This document shows, piece after piece, positions 47,001 to 62,000 of a stretch of DNA of 64,000 bases. Under the pieces are notes generated by a model, which worked only from the letters and a program-made list of their open reading frames with translations, did not search any database and had not been told where the DNA came from. A program made the position numbers and the translations under genes. The stretch is from Eledone cirrhosa (Eukaryota), in assembly GCA_964016885.1 (NCBI GenBank), contig OZ024750.1:38130001-38194000 (forward strand), given 5' to 3'. Each line of letters begins with the position of its first letter. The first letter of the stretch is position 1.

Positions 47001-50000
47001 ATGTACCATGAAGCTATGGTTAACATGTACACTGTATGTGATGTACCATGAAGCTATGACTAACTTGTACACTGTATGTGATGTACCATGAAGCTATGGC
47101 TAACCTGTACACTGTGTGTGATGTACCATGAAGCTATGGCTAACCTGTACACTGTATGTGATGTACCATGAAGCTATGGCTAACTTGTACACTGTATGTG
47201 ATGTACCATGAAGCTATGTCTAACCTGTACACTGTATGTGATGTACCATGAAGCTATGGCTAACATGTACACTGTATGTGATGTACCATGAAGCTATGGC
47301 TAACCTGTACACTGTATGTGATGTACCATGAAGCTATAGCTAACCTGTACACTGTATGTGATGTACCATGAAGCTATGGCTAACCTGTACACTGTATGTG
47401 ATGTACCATGAAGCTATGACTAACCTGTACACTGTATATAATGTACCATGAAGCTATGACTAACCTTTACACTGTATGTGATGTACCATGAAGCTATGGC
47501 TAACATGTACACTGTATGTGATGTACCATGAAGCTATGACTAACATGTACACTGTATGTGATGTACCATGAAGCTATGGCTAACCTGTACACTGTATGTG
47601 ATGTACCATGAAGCTATGACTAACCTGTACACTGTATGTGATGTTCCATGAAGCTATGACTAACCTGTACACTGTATGTGATGTACCATGAAGCTATGGC
47701 TAACCTGTACACTGTATATAATGTACCATGAAGCTATGACTAACTTGTACACTGTATATGATGTACCATGAAGCTATGACTAACATGTACACTGTATGCG
47801 ATGTACCATGAAGCTATGACTAACCTGTACACTGTATGTGATGTACCATGAAGCTATGACTAACCTGTACACTGTATGTGATGTACCATGAAGCTATGGC
47901 TAACCTGTACACTGTATGTGATGTAACATAAGCTATAGCTAACCTGTACACTGTATGTGATGTACCATGAAGCTATGACTAACCTGTACACTGTATGTGA
48001 TGTACCATGAAGCTATGACTAACCCGTACACTGTATGTGATGTAACATGAAGCTATAGCTAACCTCTACATTGTATGTGATGTACCATGAAGCTATGACT
48101 AACCTGTACACTGTATGTGATGTACCATGAAGCTATAGCTAACCTATACACTGTATGTGATGTACCATGAAGCTATGACTAATCTGTACACTGTATGTGA
48201 TGTACCATGAAGCTATGGCTAACCTGTACACCGTATGTGATGTAACATGAAGCTATAGCTAACCTGTACACTGTATGTGATGTACCATGAAGCTATGACT
48301 AACCTGTACACTGTATGTGATGTACCATGAAGCTATGACTAACCTGTACACTGTATGTGATGTACCATAAAGCTATCACTAACCTGTACACTGTATGTGA
48401 TGTACCATGAAGCTATGACTAACCTATACACTCTATGTGATGTACCATGAAGCTATGACTAACCTTTACACTGTATGTGATGTACCATGAATTCTATGAC
48501 TAACCTGTACACTGTATGTGATGTACCATGAAGCTATGACTAACCTATACACTGTATGTGATGTACCATGAAGCTATGACTAACCTTTACACTGTATGTG
48601 ATGTAACATGAAGCTATAGCTAACCTGTACACTGTATGTGATGTACCATGAAGCTATGACTAACCTGTACACTGTATGTGATGTACCATGAAGCTATAGC
48701 TAACCTATACACTGTATGTGGTGTACCATGAAGCTATGACTAACCTGTACACTGTATGTGATGTACCATGAAGCTATGACTAACATGTAACCTGTATGTG
48801 ATGTACCATGAAGCTATGACTAACCTGTACACTGTATGTGATGTACCATGAAGCTATGCTAACCTGTACACTGTATGTGATGTACCATGAAGCTATGGCT
48901 AACCTGTACAATGTATGTGATGTACCATGAAGCTATGACTAACCTATACACTGTATGTGATGTACCATGAAGCTATGACTAACCTGTACACTGTATGTGA
49001 TGTACCATGAAGCTATGGCTAAACTGTACACTGTATGTGACTTACCATGAAGCTATGGCTAACCTGTACACTGTATGTGATGTACCATGAAGCTATGACT
49101 AACCTGTACACTGTATATGATGTACCATGAAGCTATGACTAACATGTACACTGTATGCGATGTACCATGAAGCTATGACTAACCTGTACACTGTATGTGA
49201 TGTACCATGAAGCTATGACTAACCTGTACACTGTATGTGATGTACCATGAAGCTATGACTAACCTGTACACTGTATGTGATGTACCATGAATCTATGGCT
49301 ACACCTGTACACTGTATGTGATGTACCATGAAGCTATGACTAACCTATACACTGTATGTGATGTACCATGAAGCTATGACTAACCTGTACACCGTATGTG
49401 ATGTACCATGAAGCTATAACTAACCTATAAACTGTATGTGATGTACCATGAAGCTATGACTAACCTGTACACTGTATGTGATGTACCATGAAGCTATGAC
49501 TAACCTATACACTGTATGTGATGTACCATGCAGCTATGACTAACCTGTACACTGTATGTGATGTACCATGAAGCTAAAGCTAACCTGTACACTGTATGTG
49601 ATGTACCATGAAGCTATGACTAACCTGTACACTGTATGTGATGTACCATGAAGCTATGACTAACCTGTACACTGTATGTGATGTAGCATGAAGCTATAGC
49701 TAACCTGTACACTGTATGTGATGTACCATGAAGCTATGACTAACCTGTACACTGTATGCGATGTACCATGAAGCTATAGCTAACCCGTACACTGTATGTG
49801 ATGTACCATGAAGCTATGTCTAACCTGTACACTGTATGTGATGTACCATGAAGCTATGACTAACCTGTACACTGTATGTGATGTACCATGAAGCTATGAC
49901 TAACCTGTACACTGAATGTGATGTACCATGAAGCTATGGCTAACCTGTACACTGTATGTGATGTACCATGAAGCTATAGGTAAGCTGTACACTGTATGTG

Positions 50001-53000
50001 ATGTACCATGAAGCTATGACTAACCTGTACACTCTATGTGATGTACCATGAAGCTATGGCTAACCTGTACACTGTATGTGATGTACCATGAAGCTATGAC
50101 TAACCTATACACTGTATGTGATGTACCATGAAGCTATGACTAAACTTTACACTGTATGTGATGTACCATGAAGCTATGGGTAACCTGTACACTGTATGTG
50201 ATGTACCATGAAGCTATGGCTAACCTGTACACTGTATGTGATGTACCATGAAGTTATAGCTAATCTGTACACTGTATGTGATGTAACATGAAGCTATAGC
50301 TAACCTGTACACTGTATGTGATGTACCATGAAGCTATGACTAACCTGTACACAGTATGTGATGTACCATGAAGCTATAGCTAACCTATACACTGTATGTG
50401 ATGTACCATGAAGCTAAGACTAACCTGTACACTGTATGTGATGTACCATGAAGCTACAACTAACCTATACACTGTATGTGATGTACCATGAAGCTATGAC
50501 TAACCTGTACACTGTATGTGATGTACCATGAAGCTATTACTAACATGTACACTGTATGTGATGTACCATGAAGCTATGACTAACCTGTACACTGTATGTG
50601 ATGTACCATGAAGCTATGCTAAACGGTACACTGTTTGTGATGTACCATGAAGCTATGGCTAACCTGTACACTGTATGTGATGTACCATGAAGCTATAGGT
50701 AAGCTGTACACTGTATGTGATGTACCATGAAGCTATGTCTAACCTGTACACTGTATGTGATGTACCATGAAGCTATGGCTAACCTGTACACTGTATGTGA
50801 TGTACCATGAAGCTATGACTAACCTATACACTGTATGTGATGTACCATGAAGCTATGACTAAACTTTACACTGTATGTGATGTACCATGAAGCTATGGCT
50901 AACCTGTACACTGTATGTGATGTACCATGAAGCTATGACTAACCTGTACACTGTATGTGATGTACCATGAAGCTATGGCTAACCTGTACACTGTATGTGA
51001 TGTACCATGAAGTTATGGCTAACCTGTACACTGTATGTGATGTACCATGAAGCTATGGCTATCCTGTACACTGTATGTGATGTACCATGAAGCTATGACT
51101 AACCTGTACATTGTATGGGATGTACCATGAAGCTATAGCTAACCTGTACACTGTATGTGATGTACCATAAAGCTATGGCTAACCTGTACACTGTATGTGA
51201 TGTACCATGAAGCTATGACTAACCTGTACACTGTATATGATGTACCATGAAGCTATGACTAACCTTTACACTGTATGTGATGTACCATGAAGCTATGGCT
51301 AACATGTACACTGTATGTGATGTACCATGAAGCTATGACTAACCTGTACACTGTATGTGATGTACCATGAAGCTATGGCTAACCTGTACACTGTATGTGA
51401 TGTACCATGAAGCTATGACTAACCTGTACACTGTATGTGATGTTCCATGAAGCTATGACTAACCTGTACACTGTATGTGATGTACAATGAAGCTATGGCT
51501 AACCTGTACACTGTATGTGATTTACCATGAAGCTATGACTAACTTGTACACTGTATATGATGTACCATGAAGCTATGACTAACATGTACACTGTATGCGA
51601 TGTACCATGAAGCTATGACTAACCTGTACACTGTATGTGATGTACCATGAAGCTATGACTAACCTGTACACTGTATGTGATGTACCATGAAGCTATGGCT
51701 AACCTCTACACTGTATGTGATGTACCATGAAGCTATGACTAACCTGTACACTGTATGTGATGTACCATGAAGCTATAGCTAACCTATACACTGTATGTGA
51801 TATACCATGATGCTATGACTAATCTGTACACTGTATGTGATGTACCATGAAGCTATGGCTAACCTGTACACCGTATGTGATGTAACATGAAGCTATAGCT
51901 AACCTGTACACTGTATGTGATGTACCATGAAGCTATGACTAACCTGTACACTGTATGTGATGTACCATGAAGCTATGACTAACCTGTACACTGTATGTGA
52001 TGTACCATGAAGCTATGGCTAACCTGTACACTGTACGTGATGTACCATGAAGCTATGACTAACCTGTACACTGTATATGATGTACCATGAAGCTATGACT
52101 AACATGTACACTGTATGCGATGTACCATGAAGCTATGACTAACCTGTACACTGTATGTAATGTACCATGAAGCTATGACTAACCTGTACACTGTATGTGA
52201 TGTACCATGAAGCTATAGGTAACCTGTACACTGTATGTGATGTACCATGAAGCTATGACTAACCTGTACACTGTATGTGATGTACCATGAAGCTATGACT
52301 AACCTGTACACTGTATGTGATGTACCATGAAGCTATGACTAACCTGTACACTGTATGTGATGTACCATGAAGCTATAGCTAACCTATACACTGTATGTGA
52401 TGTACCATGAAGCTATGACTAACCTGTACACTGTATGTGATGTACCATGAAGCTACGACTAACCTATACACTGTATGTGATGTACCATGAAGCTATGACT
52501 AATCTGTACACTGTATGTGATGTACCATGAAGCTATGACTAACATGTAACCTGTATGTGATGTACCATGAAGCTATGACTAACCTGTACATTGTATGTGA
52601 TGTACCATGAAGCTATGCTAACCTGTACACTGTATGTGATGTACCATGAAGCTATGGCTAACCTGTACAATGTATGTGATGTACCATGAAGCTATGACTA
52701 ACCTGTACACTGTATGTGATGTACCATGAAGCTATGGCTAACCTGTACACTGTATGTGATGTACCATGAAGCTATGACTTACCTGTACACTGTATGTGAT
52801 GAACCATGAAGCTATGGCTAAGCTGTACACTGTATGTGATGTACCATGAAGCTATGGCTAACATGTACACTGTATGTGATGTACCATGAAGCTATGGCTA
52901 ACCTGTACACTGTATGTGATGTACCATGAAGCTATGGCTAAGCTGTACACTGTATGTGATGTACCATGAAGCTATGACTAACCTGTACACTGTATGCGAT

Positions 53001-56000
53001 GTACCATAAAGCTATAGCTAACCTATACACTCTATGTGATGTACCATGAGGCTATGAATAACCTGTACACTGTATGTGATGTGCCATGAAGCTATGGCTA
53101 ACCTGTACACTGTATGTGATGTAACATGAAGCTATAGCTAACCTGTACACTGTATGTGATGTACCATGAAGCTATGTCTAACCTGTACACTGTATGTGAT
53201 GTACCATGAAGCTATGACTAACCTGTACACTGTATGTGATTTACCATGAAGCTATGACTAACATGTACACTGTATGCGATGTACCATGAAGCTATGACTA
53301 ACCTGTACACTGTATGTGATGTACCATGAAGCTATGACTAACCTGTACACTGTATGTGATGTACCATGAAGCTATGGCTAACCTGTACACTGTATGTGAT
53401 GTACCATGAAGCTATAGGTAAGCTGTACACTGTATGTGATGTACCATGAAGCTATGACTAACCTGTACACTGTATGTGATGTACCATGAAGCTATGGCTA
53501 ACCTGTACACTGTATGTGATGTACCATGAAGCTATGACTAACCTATACACTGTATGTGATGTACCATGAAGCTATGACTAAACTTTACACTGTATGTGAT
53601 GTACCATGAAGCTATGGCTAACCTGTACACTGTATGTGATGTACCATGAAGCTATGGCTAACCTGTACACTGTATGTGATGTACCATGAAGTTATAGCTA
53701 ATCTGTACACTGTATGTGATGTAACATGAAGCTATAGCTAACCTGTACACTGTATGTGATGTACCATGAAGCTATGACTAACCTGTACACTGTATGTGAT
53801 GTACCATGAAGCTATAGCTAACCTATACACTGTATGTGATGTACCATGAAGCTAAGACTAACCTGTACACTGTATGTGATGTACCATGAAGCTACAACTA
53901 ACCTATACACTGTATGTGATGTACCATGAAGCTATGACTAACCTGTACACTGTATGTGATGTACCATGAAGCTATGACTAACCTGTACACTGTATGTGAT
54001 GTACCATGAAGCTATGACTAACCTGTACACTGTATGTGATGTACCATGAAGCTATAGCTAACCTATACACTGTATGTGATGTACCATGAAGCTATGACTA
54101 ACCTTTACACTGTATGTGATGTACCATGAAGCTATGGCTAACCTGTACACTGTATGTGATGTACCATGAAGCTATGGCTAACCTGTACACTGTATGTGAT
54201 GTACCATGAAGTTATAGCTAATCTGTACACTGTATGTGATGTAACATGAAGCTATAGCTAACCTGTACACTGTATGTGATGTACCATGAAGCTATGACTA
54301 ACCTGTACACTGTATGTGATGTACCATGAAGCTATGACTAACCTGTACACTGTATGTGATGTACCATGAAGCTATAGCTAACCTATACACTGTATGTGAT
54401 GTACCATGAAGCTATGACTAACCTGTACACTGTATGTGATGTACCATGAAGCTATGACTAACCTATACACTGTATGTGATGTACCATGAAGCTATGACTA
54501 ACCTGTACACTGTATGTGATGTACCATGAAGCTATGACTAACATGTAACCTGTATGTGATGTACCATGAAGCTATGACTAACCTGTACACTGTATGTGAT
54601 GTACCATGAAGCTATGGCTAACCTGTACACTGTATGTGATGTAACATAAGCTATAGCTAACCTGTACACTGTATGTGATGTACCATGAAGCTATGACTAA
54701 CCTATACACTGTATGTGATGTACCATGAAGCTATGACTAACCTTTACACTGTATGTGATGTACCATGAATTCTATGACTAACCTGTACACTGTATGTGAT
54801 GTACCATGAAGCTTTAACTAACCTATACACTGTATGCGATGTACCATGAAGCTATGACTAACCTTTACACTGTATGTGATGTACCATGAAGCTATGGCTA
54901 ACCTGTACACTGTATGTGATGTACCATGAAGCTATGGCTAACCTGTACACTGTATGTGATGTACCATGAAGTTATAGCTAACCTGTACACTGTATGTGAT
55001 GTACCATGAAGCTATGGCTAACCTGTACAATGTATGTGATGTACCATGAAGCTATGACTAACCTGTACACTGTATGTGATGTACCATGAAGCTATGGCTA
55101 ACCTGTACACTGTATGTGATGTACCATGAAGCTATGACTTACCTGTACACTGTATGTGATGAACCATGAAGCTATGGCTAAGCTGTACACTGTATGTGAT
55201 GTACCATGAAGCTATGGCTAACATGTACACTGTATGTGATGTACCATGAAGCTATGGCTAACCTGTACACTGTATGTGATGTACCATGAAGCTATGGCTA
55301 AGCTGTACACTGTATGTGATGTACCATGAAGCTATGACTAACCTGTACACTGTATGCGATGTACCATAAAGCTATAGCTAACCTATACACTCTATGTGAT
55401 GTACCATGAGGCTATGAATAACCTGTACACTGTATGTGATGTGCCATGAAGCTATGGCTAACCTGTACACTGTATGTGATGTAACATGAAGCTATAGCTA
55501 ACCTGTACACTGTATGTGATGTACCATGAAGCTATGTCTAACCTGTACACTGTATGTGATGTACCATGAAGCTATGACTAACCTGTACACTGTATGTGAT
55601 TTACCATGAAGCTATGACTAACATGTACACTGTATGCGATGTACCATGAAGCTATGACTAACCTGTACACTGTATGTGATGTACCATGAAGCTATGACTA
55701 ACCTGTACACTGTATGTGATGTACCATGAAGCTATGGCTAACCTGTACACTGTATGTGATGTACCATGAAGCTATAGGTAAGCTGTACACTGTATGTGAT
55801 GTACCATGAAGCTATGACTAACCTGTACACTGTATGTGATGTACCATGAAGCTATGGCTAACCTGTACACTGTATGTGATGTACCATGAAGCTATGACTA
55901 ACCTATACACTGTATGTGATGTACCATGAAGCTATGACTAAACTTTACACTGTATGTGATGTACCATGAAGCTATGGCTAACCTGTACACTGTATGTGAT

Positions 56001-59000
56001 GTACCATGAAGCTATGGCTAACCTGTACACTGTATGTGATGTACCATGAAGTTATAGCTAATCTGTACACTGTATGTGATGTAACATGAAGCTATAGCTA
56101 ACCTGTACACTGTATGTGATGTACCATGAAGCTATGACTAACCTGTACACTGTATGTGATGTACCATGAAGCTATAGCTAACCTATACACTGTATGTGAT
56201 GTACCATGAAGCTAAGACTAACCTGTACACTGTATGTGATGTACCATGAAGCTACAACTAACCTATACACTGTATGTGATGTACCATGAAGCTATGACTA
56301 ACCTGTACACTGTATGTGATGTACCATGAAGCTATGACTAACCTGTACACTGTATGTGATGTACCATGAAGCTATGACTAACCTGTACACTGTATGTGAT
56401 GTACCATGAAGCTATAGCTAACCTATACACTGTATGTGATGTACCATGAAGCTATGACTAACCTTTACACTGTATGTGATGTACCATGAAGCTATGGCTA
56501 ACCTGTACACTGTATGTGATGTACCATGAAGCTATGGCTAACCTGTACACTGTATGTGATGTACCATGAAGTTATAGCTAATCTGTACACTGTATGTGAT
56601 GTAACATGAAGCTATAGCTAACCTGTACACTGTATGTGATGTACCATGAAGCTATGACTAACCTGTACACTGTATGTGATGTACCATGAAGCTATGACTA
56701 ACCTGTACACTGTATGTGATGTACCATGAAGCTATAGCTAACCTATACACTGTATGTGATGTACCATGAAGCTATGACTAACCTGTACACTGTATGTGAT
56801 GTACCATGAAGCTATGACTAACCTATACACTGTATGTGATGTACCATGAAGCTATGACTAACCTGTACACTGTATGTGATGTACCATGAAGCTATGACTA
56901 ACATGTAACCTGTATGTGATGTACCATGAAGCTATGACTAACCTGTACACTGTATGTGATGTACCATGAAGCTATGGCTAACCTGTACACTGTATGTGAT
57001 GTAACATAAGCTATAGCTAACCTGTACACTGTATGTGATGTACCATGAAGCTATGACTAACCTATACACTGTATGTGATGTACCATGAAGCTATGACTAA
57101 CCTTTACACTGTATGTGATGTACCATGAATTCTATGACTAACCTGTACACTGTATGTGATGTACCATGAAGCTTTAACTAACCTATACACTGTATGCGAT
57201 GTACCATGAAGCTATGACTAACCTTTACACTGTATGTGATGTACCATGAAGCTATGGCTAACCTGTACACTGTATGTGATGTACCATGAAGCTATGGCTA
57301 ACCTGTACACTGTATGTGATGTACCATGAAGTTATAGCTAATCTGTACACTGTATGTGATGTAACATGAAGCTATAGCTAACCTGTACACTGTATGTGAT
57401 GTACCATGAAGCTATGACTAACCTGTACACTGTATGTGATGTACCATGAAGCTATGACTAACCTGTACACTGTATGTGATGTACCATGAAGCTATAGCTA
57501 ACCTATACACTGTATGTGATGTACCATGAAGCTATGACTAACCTGTACACTGTATGTGATGTACCATGAAGCTATGACTAACCTATGCACTGTATGTGAT
57601 GTACCATGAAGCTATGACTAACCTGTACACTGTATGTGATGTACCATGAAGCTATGACTAACATGTAACCTGTATGTGATGTACCATGAAGCTATGACTA
57701 ACCTGTACACTGTATGTGATGTACCATGAAGCTATGCTAACCTGTACACTGTATGTGATGTACCATGAAGCTATGGCTAACATGTACAATGTATGTGATG
57801 TACCATGAAGCTATGACTAACCTGTACACTGTATGTGATGTACCATGAAGCTATGGCTAACCTGTACACTGTATGTGATGTACCATGAAGCTATGACTTA
57901 CCTGTACACTGTATGTGATGTACCATGAAGCTATGGCTAAGCTGTACACTGTATGTGATGTACCATGAAGCTATGGCTAACAGGTACACTGTATGTGATG
58001 TACCATGAAGCTATGGCTAACCTGTACACTGTATGTGATGTACCATGAAGCTATGGCTAAGCTGTACACTGTATGTGATGTACCATGAAGCTATGACTAA
58101 CCTGTACACTGTATGTGATGTACCATGAAGCTATAGCTAACCTGTACCCTGTATGTGATGTACCATGAAGCTATGGCTAACCTGTACACTGTATGTGATG
58201 TACCATGAAGCTATGACTAACCTGTACACTGTATGTGATGTACCATGAAGCTATAGCTAACCTATACACTGTATGTGATGTACCATGAAGCTATGGTTAA
58301 CATGTACACTGTATGTGATGTACCATGAAGCTATGACTAACTTGTACACTGTATGTGATGTACCATGAAGCTATGGCTAACCTGTACACTGTGTGTGATG
58401 TACCATGAAGCTATGGCTAACCTGTACACTGTATGTGATGTACCATGAAGCTATGGCTAACTTGTACACTGTATGTGATGTACCATGAAGCTATGTCTAA
58501 CCTGTACACTGTATGTGATGTACCATGAAGCTATGGCTAACATGTACACTGTATGTGATGTACCATGAAGCTATGGCTAACCTGTACACTGTATGTGATG
58601 TACCATGAAGCTATAGCTAACCTGTACACTGTATGTGATGTACCATGAAGCTATGGCTAACCTGTACACTGTATGTGATGTACCATGAAGCTATGACTAA
58701 CCTGTACACTGTATATAATGTACCATGAAGCTATGACTAACCTTTACACTGTATGTGATGTACCATGAAGCTATGGCTAACCTGTACACCGTATGTGATG
58801 TAACATGAAGCTATAGCTAACCTGTACACTGTATGTGATGTACCATGAAGCTATGACTAACCTGTACACTGTATGTGATGTACCATGAAGCTATGACTAA
58901 CCTGTACACTGTATGTGATGTACCATGAAGCTATCACTAACCTGTACACTGTATGTGATGTACCATGAAGCTATGACTAACCTATACACTCTATGTGATG

Positions 59001-62000
59001 TACCATGAAGCTATGACTAACCTTTACACTGTATGTGATGTACCATGAATTCTATGACTAACCTGTACACTGTATGTGATGTACCATGAAGCTATGACTA
59101 ACCTATACACTGTATGTGATGTACCATGAAGCTATGACTAACCTTTACACTGTATGTGATGTAACATGAAGCTATAGCTAACCTGTACACTGTATGTGAT
59201 GTACCATGAAGCTATGACTAACCTGTACACTGTATGTGATGTACCATGAAGCTATAGCTAACCTATACACTGTATGTGGTGTACCATGAAGCTATGACTA
59301 ACCTGTACACTGTATGTGATGTACCATGAAGCTATGACTAACATGTAACCTGTATGTGATGTACCATGAAGCTATGACTAACCTGTACACTGTATGTGAT
59401 GTACCATGAAGCTATGCTAACCTGTACACTGTATGTGATGTACCATGAAGCTATGGCTAACCTGTACAATGTATGTGATGTACCATGAAGCTATGACTAA
59501 CCTATACACTGTATGTGATGTACCATGAAGCTATGACTAACCTGTACACTGTATGTGATGTACCATGAAGCTATGGCTAAACTGTACACTGTATGTGACT
59601 TACCATGAAGCTATGGCTAACCTGTACACTGTATGTGATGTACCATGAAGCTATGACTAACCTGTACACTGTATATGATGTACCATGAAGCTATGACTAA
59701 CATGTACACTGTATGCGATGTACCATGAAGCTATGACTAACCTGTACACTGTATGTGATGTACCATGAAGCTATGACTAACCTGTACACTGTATGTGATG
59801 TACCATGAAGCTATGACTAACCTGTACACTGTATGTGATGTACCATGAATCTATGGCTACACCTGTACACTGTATGTGATGTACCATGAAGCTATGACTA
59901 ACCTATACACTGTATGTGATGTACCATGAAGCTATGACTAACCTGTACACCGTATGTGATGTACCATGAAGCTATAACTAACCTATAAACTGTATGTGAT
60001 GTACCATGAAGCTATGACTAACCTGTACACTGTATGTGATGTACCATGAAGCTATGACTAACCTATACACTGTATGTGATGTACCATGCAGCTATGACTA
60101 ACCTGTACACTGTATGTGATGTACCATGAAGCTAAAGCTAACCTGTACACTGTATGTGATGTACCATGAAGCTATGACTAACCTGTACACTGTATGTGAT
60201 GTACCATGAAGCTATGACTAACCTGTACACTGTATGTGATGTAGCATGAAGCTATAGCTAACCTGTACACTGTATGTGATGTACCATGAAGCTATGACTA
60301 ACCTGTACACTGTATGCGATGTACCATGAAGCTATAGCTAACCCGTACACTGTATGTGATGTACCATGAAGCTATGTCTAACCTGTACACTGTATGTGAT
60401 GTACCATGAAGCTATGACTAACCTGTACACTGTATGTGATGTACCATGAAGCTATGACTAACCTGTACACTGAATGTGATGTACCATGAAGCTATGGCTA
60501 ACCTGTACACTGTATGTGATGTACCATGAAGCTATAGGTAAGCTGTACACTGTATGTGATGTACCATGAAGCTATGACTAACCTGTACACTCTATGTGAT
60601 GTACCATGAAGCTATGGCTAACCTGTACACTGTATGTGATGTACCATGAAGCTATGACTAACCTATACACTGTATGTGATGTACCATGAAGCTATGACTA
60701 AACTTTACACTGTATGTGATGTACCATGAAGCTATGGGTAACCTGTACACTGTATGTGATGTACCATGAAGCTATGGCTAACCTGTACACTGTATGTGAT
60801 GTACCATGAAGTTATAGCTAATCTGTACACTGTATGTGATGTAACATGAAGCTATAGCTAACCTGTACACTGTATGTGATGTACCATGAAGCTATGACTA
60901 ACCTGTACACAGTATGTGATGTACCATGAAGCTATAGCTAACCTATACACTGTATGTGATGTACCATGAAGCTAAGACTAACCTGTACACTGTATGTGAT
61001 GTACCATGAAGCTACAACTAACCTATACACTGTATGTGATGTACCATGAAGCTATGACTAACCTGTACACTGTATGTGATGTACCATGAAGCTATTACTA
61101 ACATGTACACTGTATGTGATGTACCATGAAGCTATGACTAACCTGTACACTGTATGTGATGTACCATGAAGCTATGCTAAACGGTACACTGTTTGTGATG
61201 TACCATGAAGCTATGGCTAACCTGTACACTGTATGTGATGTACCATGAAGCTATAGGTAAGCTGTACACTGTATGTGATGTACCATGAAGCTATGTCTAA
61301 CCTGTACACTGTATGTGATGTACCATGAAGCTATGGCTAACCTGTACACTGTATGTGATGTACCATGAAGCTATGACTAACCTATACACTGTATGTGATG
61401 TACCATGAAGCTATGACTAAACTTTACACTGTATGTGATGTACCATGAAGCTATGGCTAACCTGTACACTGTATGTGATGTACCATGAAGCTATGACTAA
61501 CCTGTACACTGTATGTGATGTACCATGAAGCTATGGCTAACCTGTACACTGTATGTGATGTACCATGAAGTTATGGCTAACCTGTACACTGTATGTGATG
61601 TACCATGAAGCTATGGCTATCCTGTACACTGTATGTGATGTACCATGAAGCTATGACTAACCTGTACATTGTATGGGATGTACCATGAAGCTATAGCTAA
61701 CCTGTACACTGTATGTGATGTACCATAAAGCTATGGCTAACCTGTACACTGTATGTGATGTACCATGAAGCTATGACTAACCTGTACACTGTATATGATG
61801 TACCATGAAGCTATGACTAACCTTTACACTGTATGTGATGTACCATGAAGCTATGGCTAACATGTACACTGTATGTGATGTACCATGAAGCTATGACTAA
61901 CCTGTACACTGTATGTGATGTACCATGAAGCTATGGCTAACCTGTACACTGTATGTGATGTACCATGAAGCTATGACTAACCTGTACACTGTATGTGATG

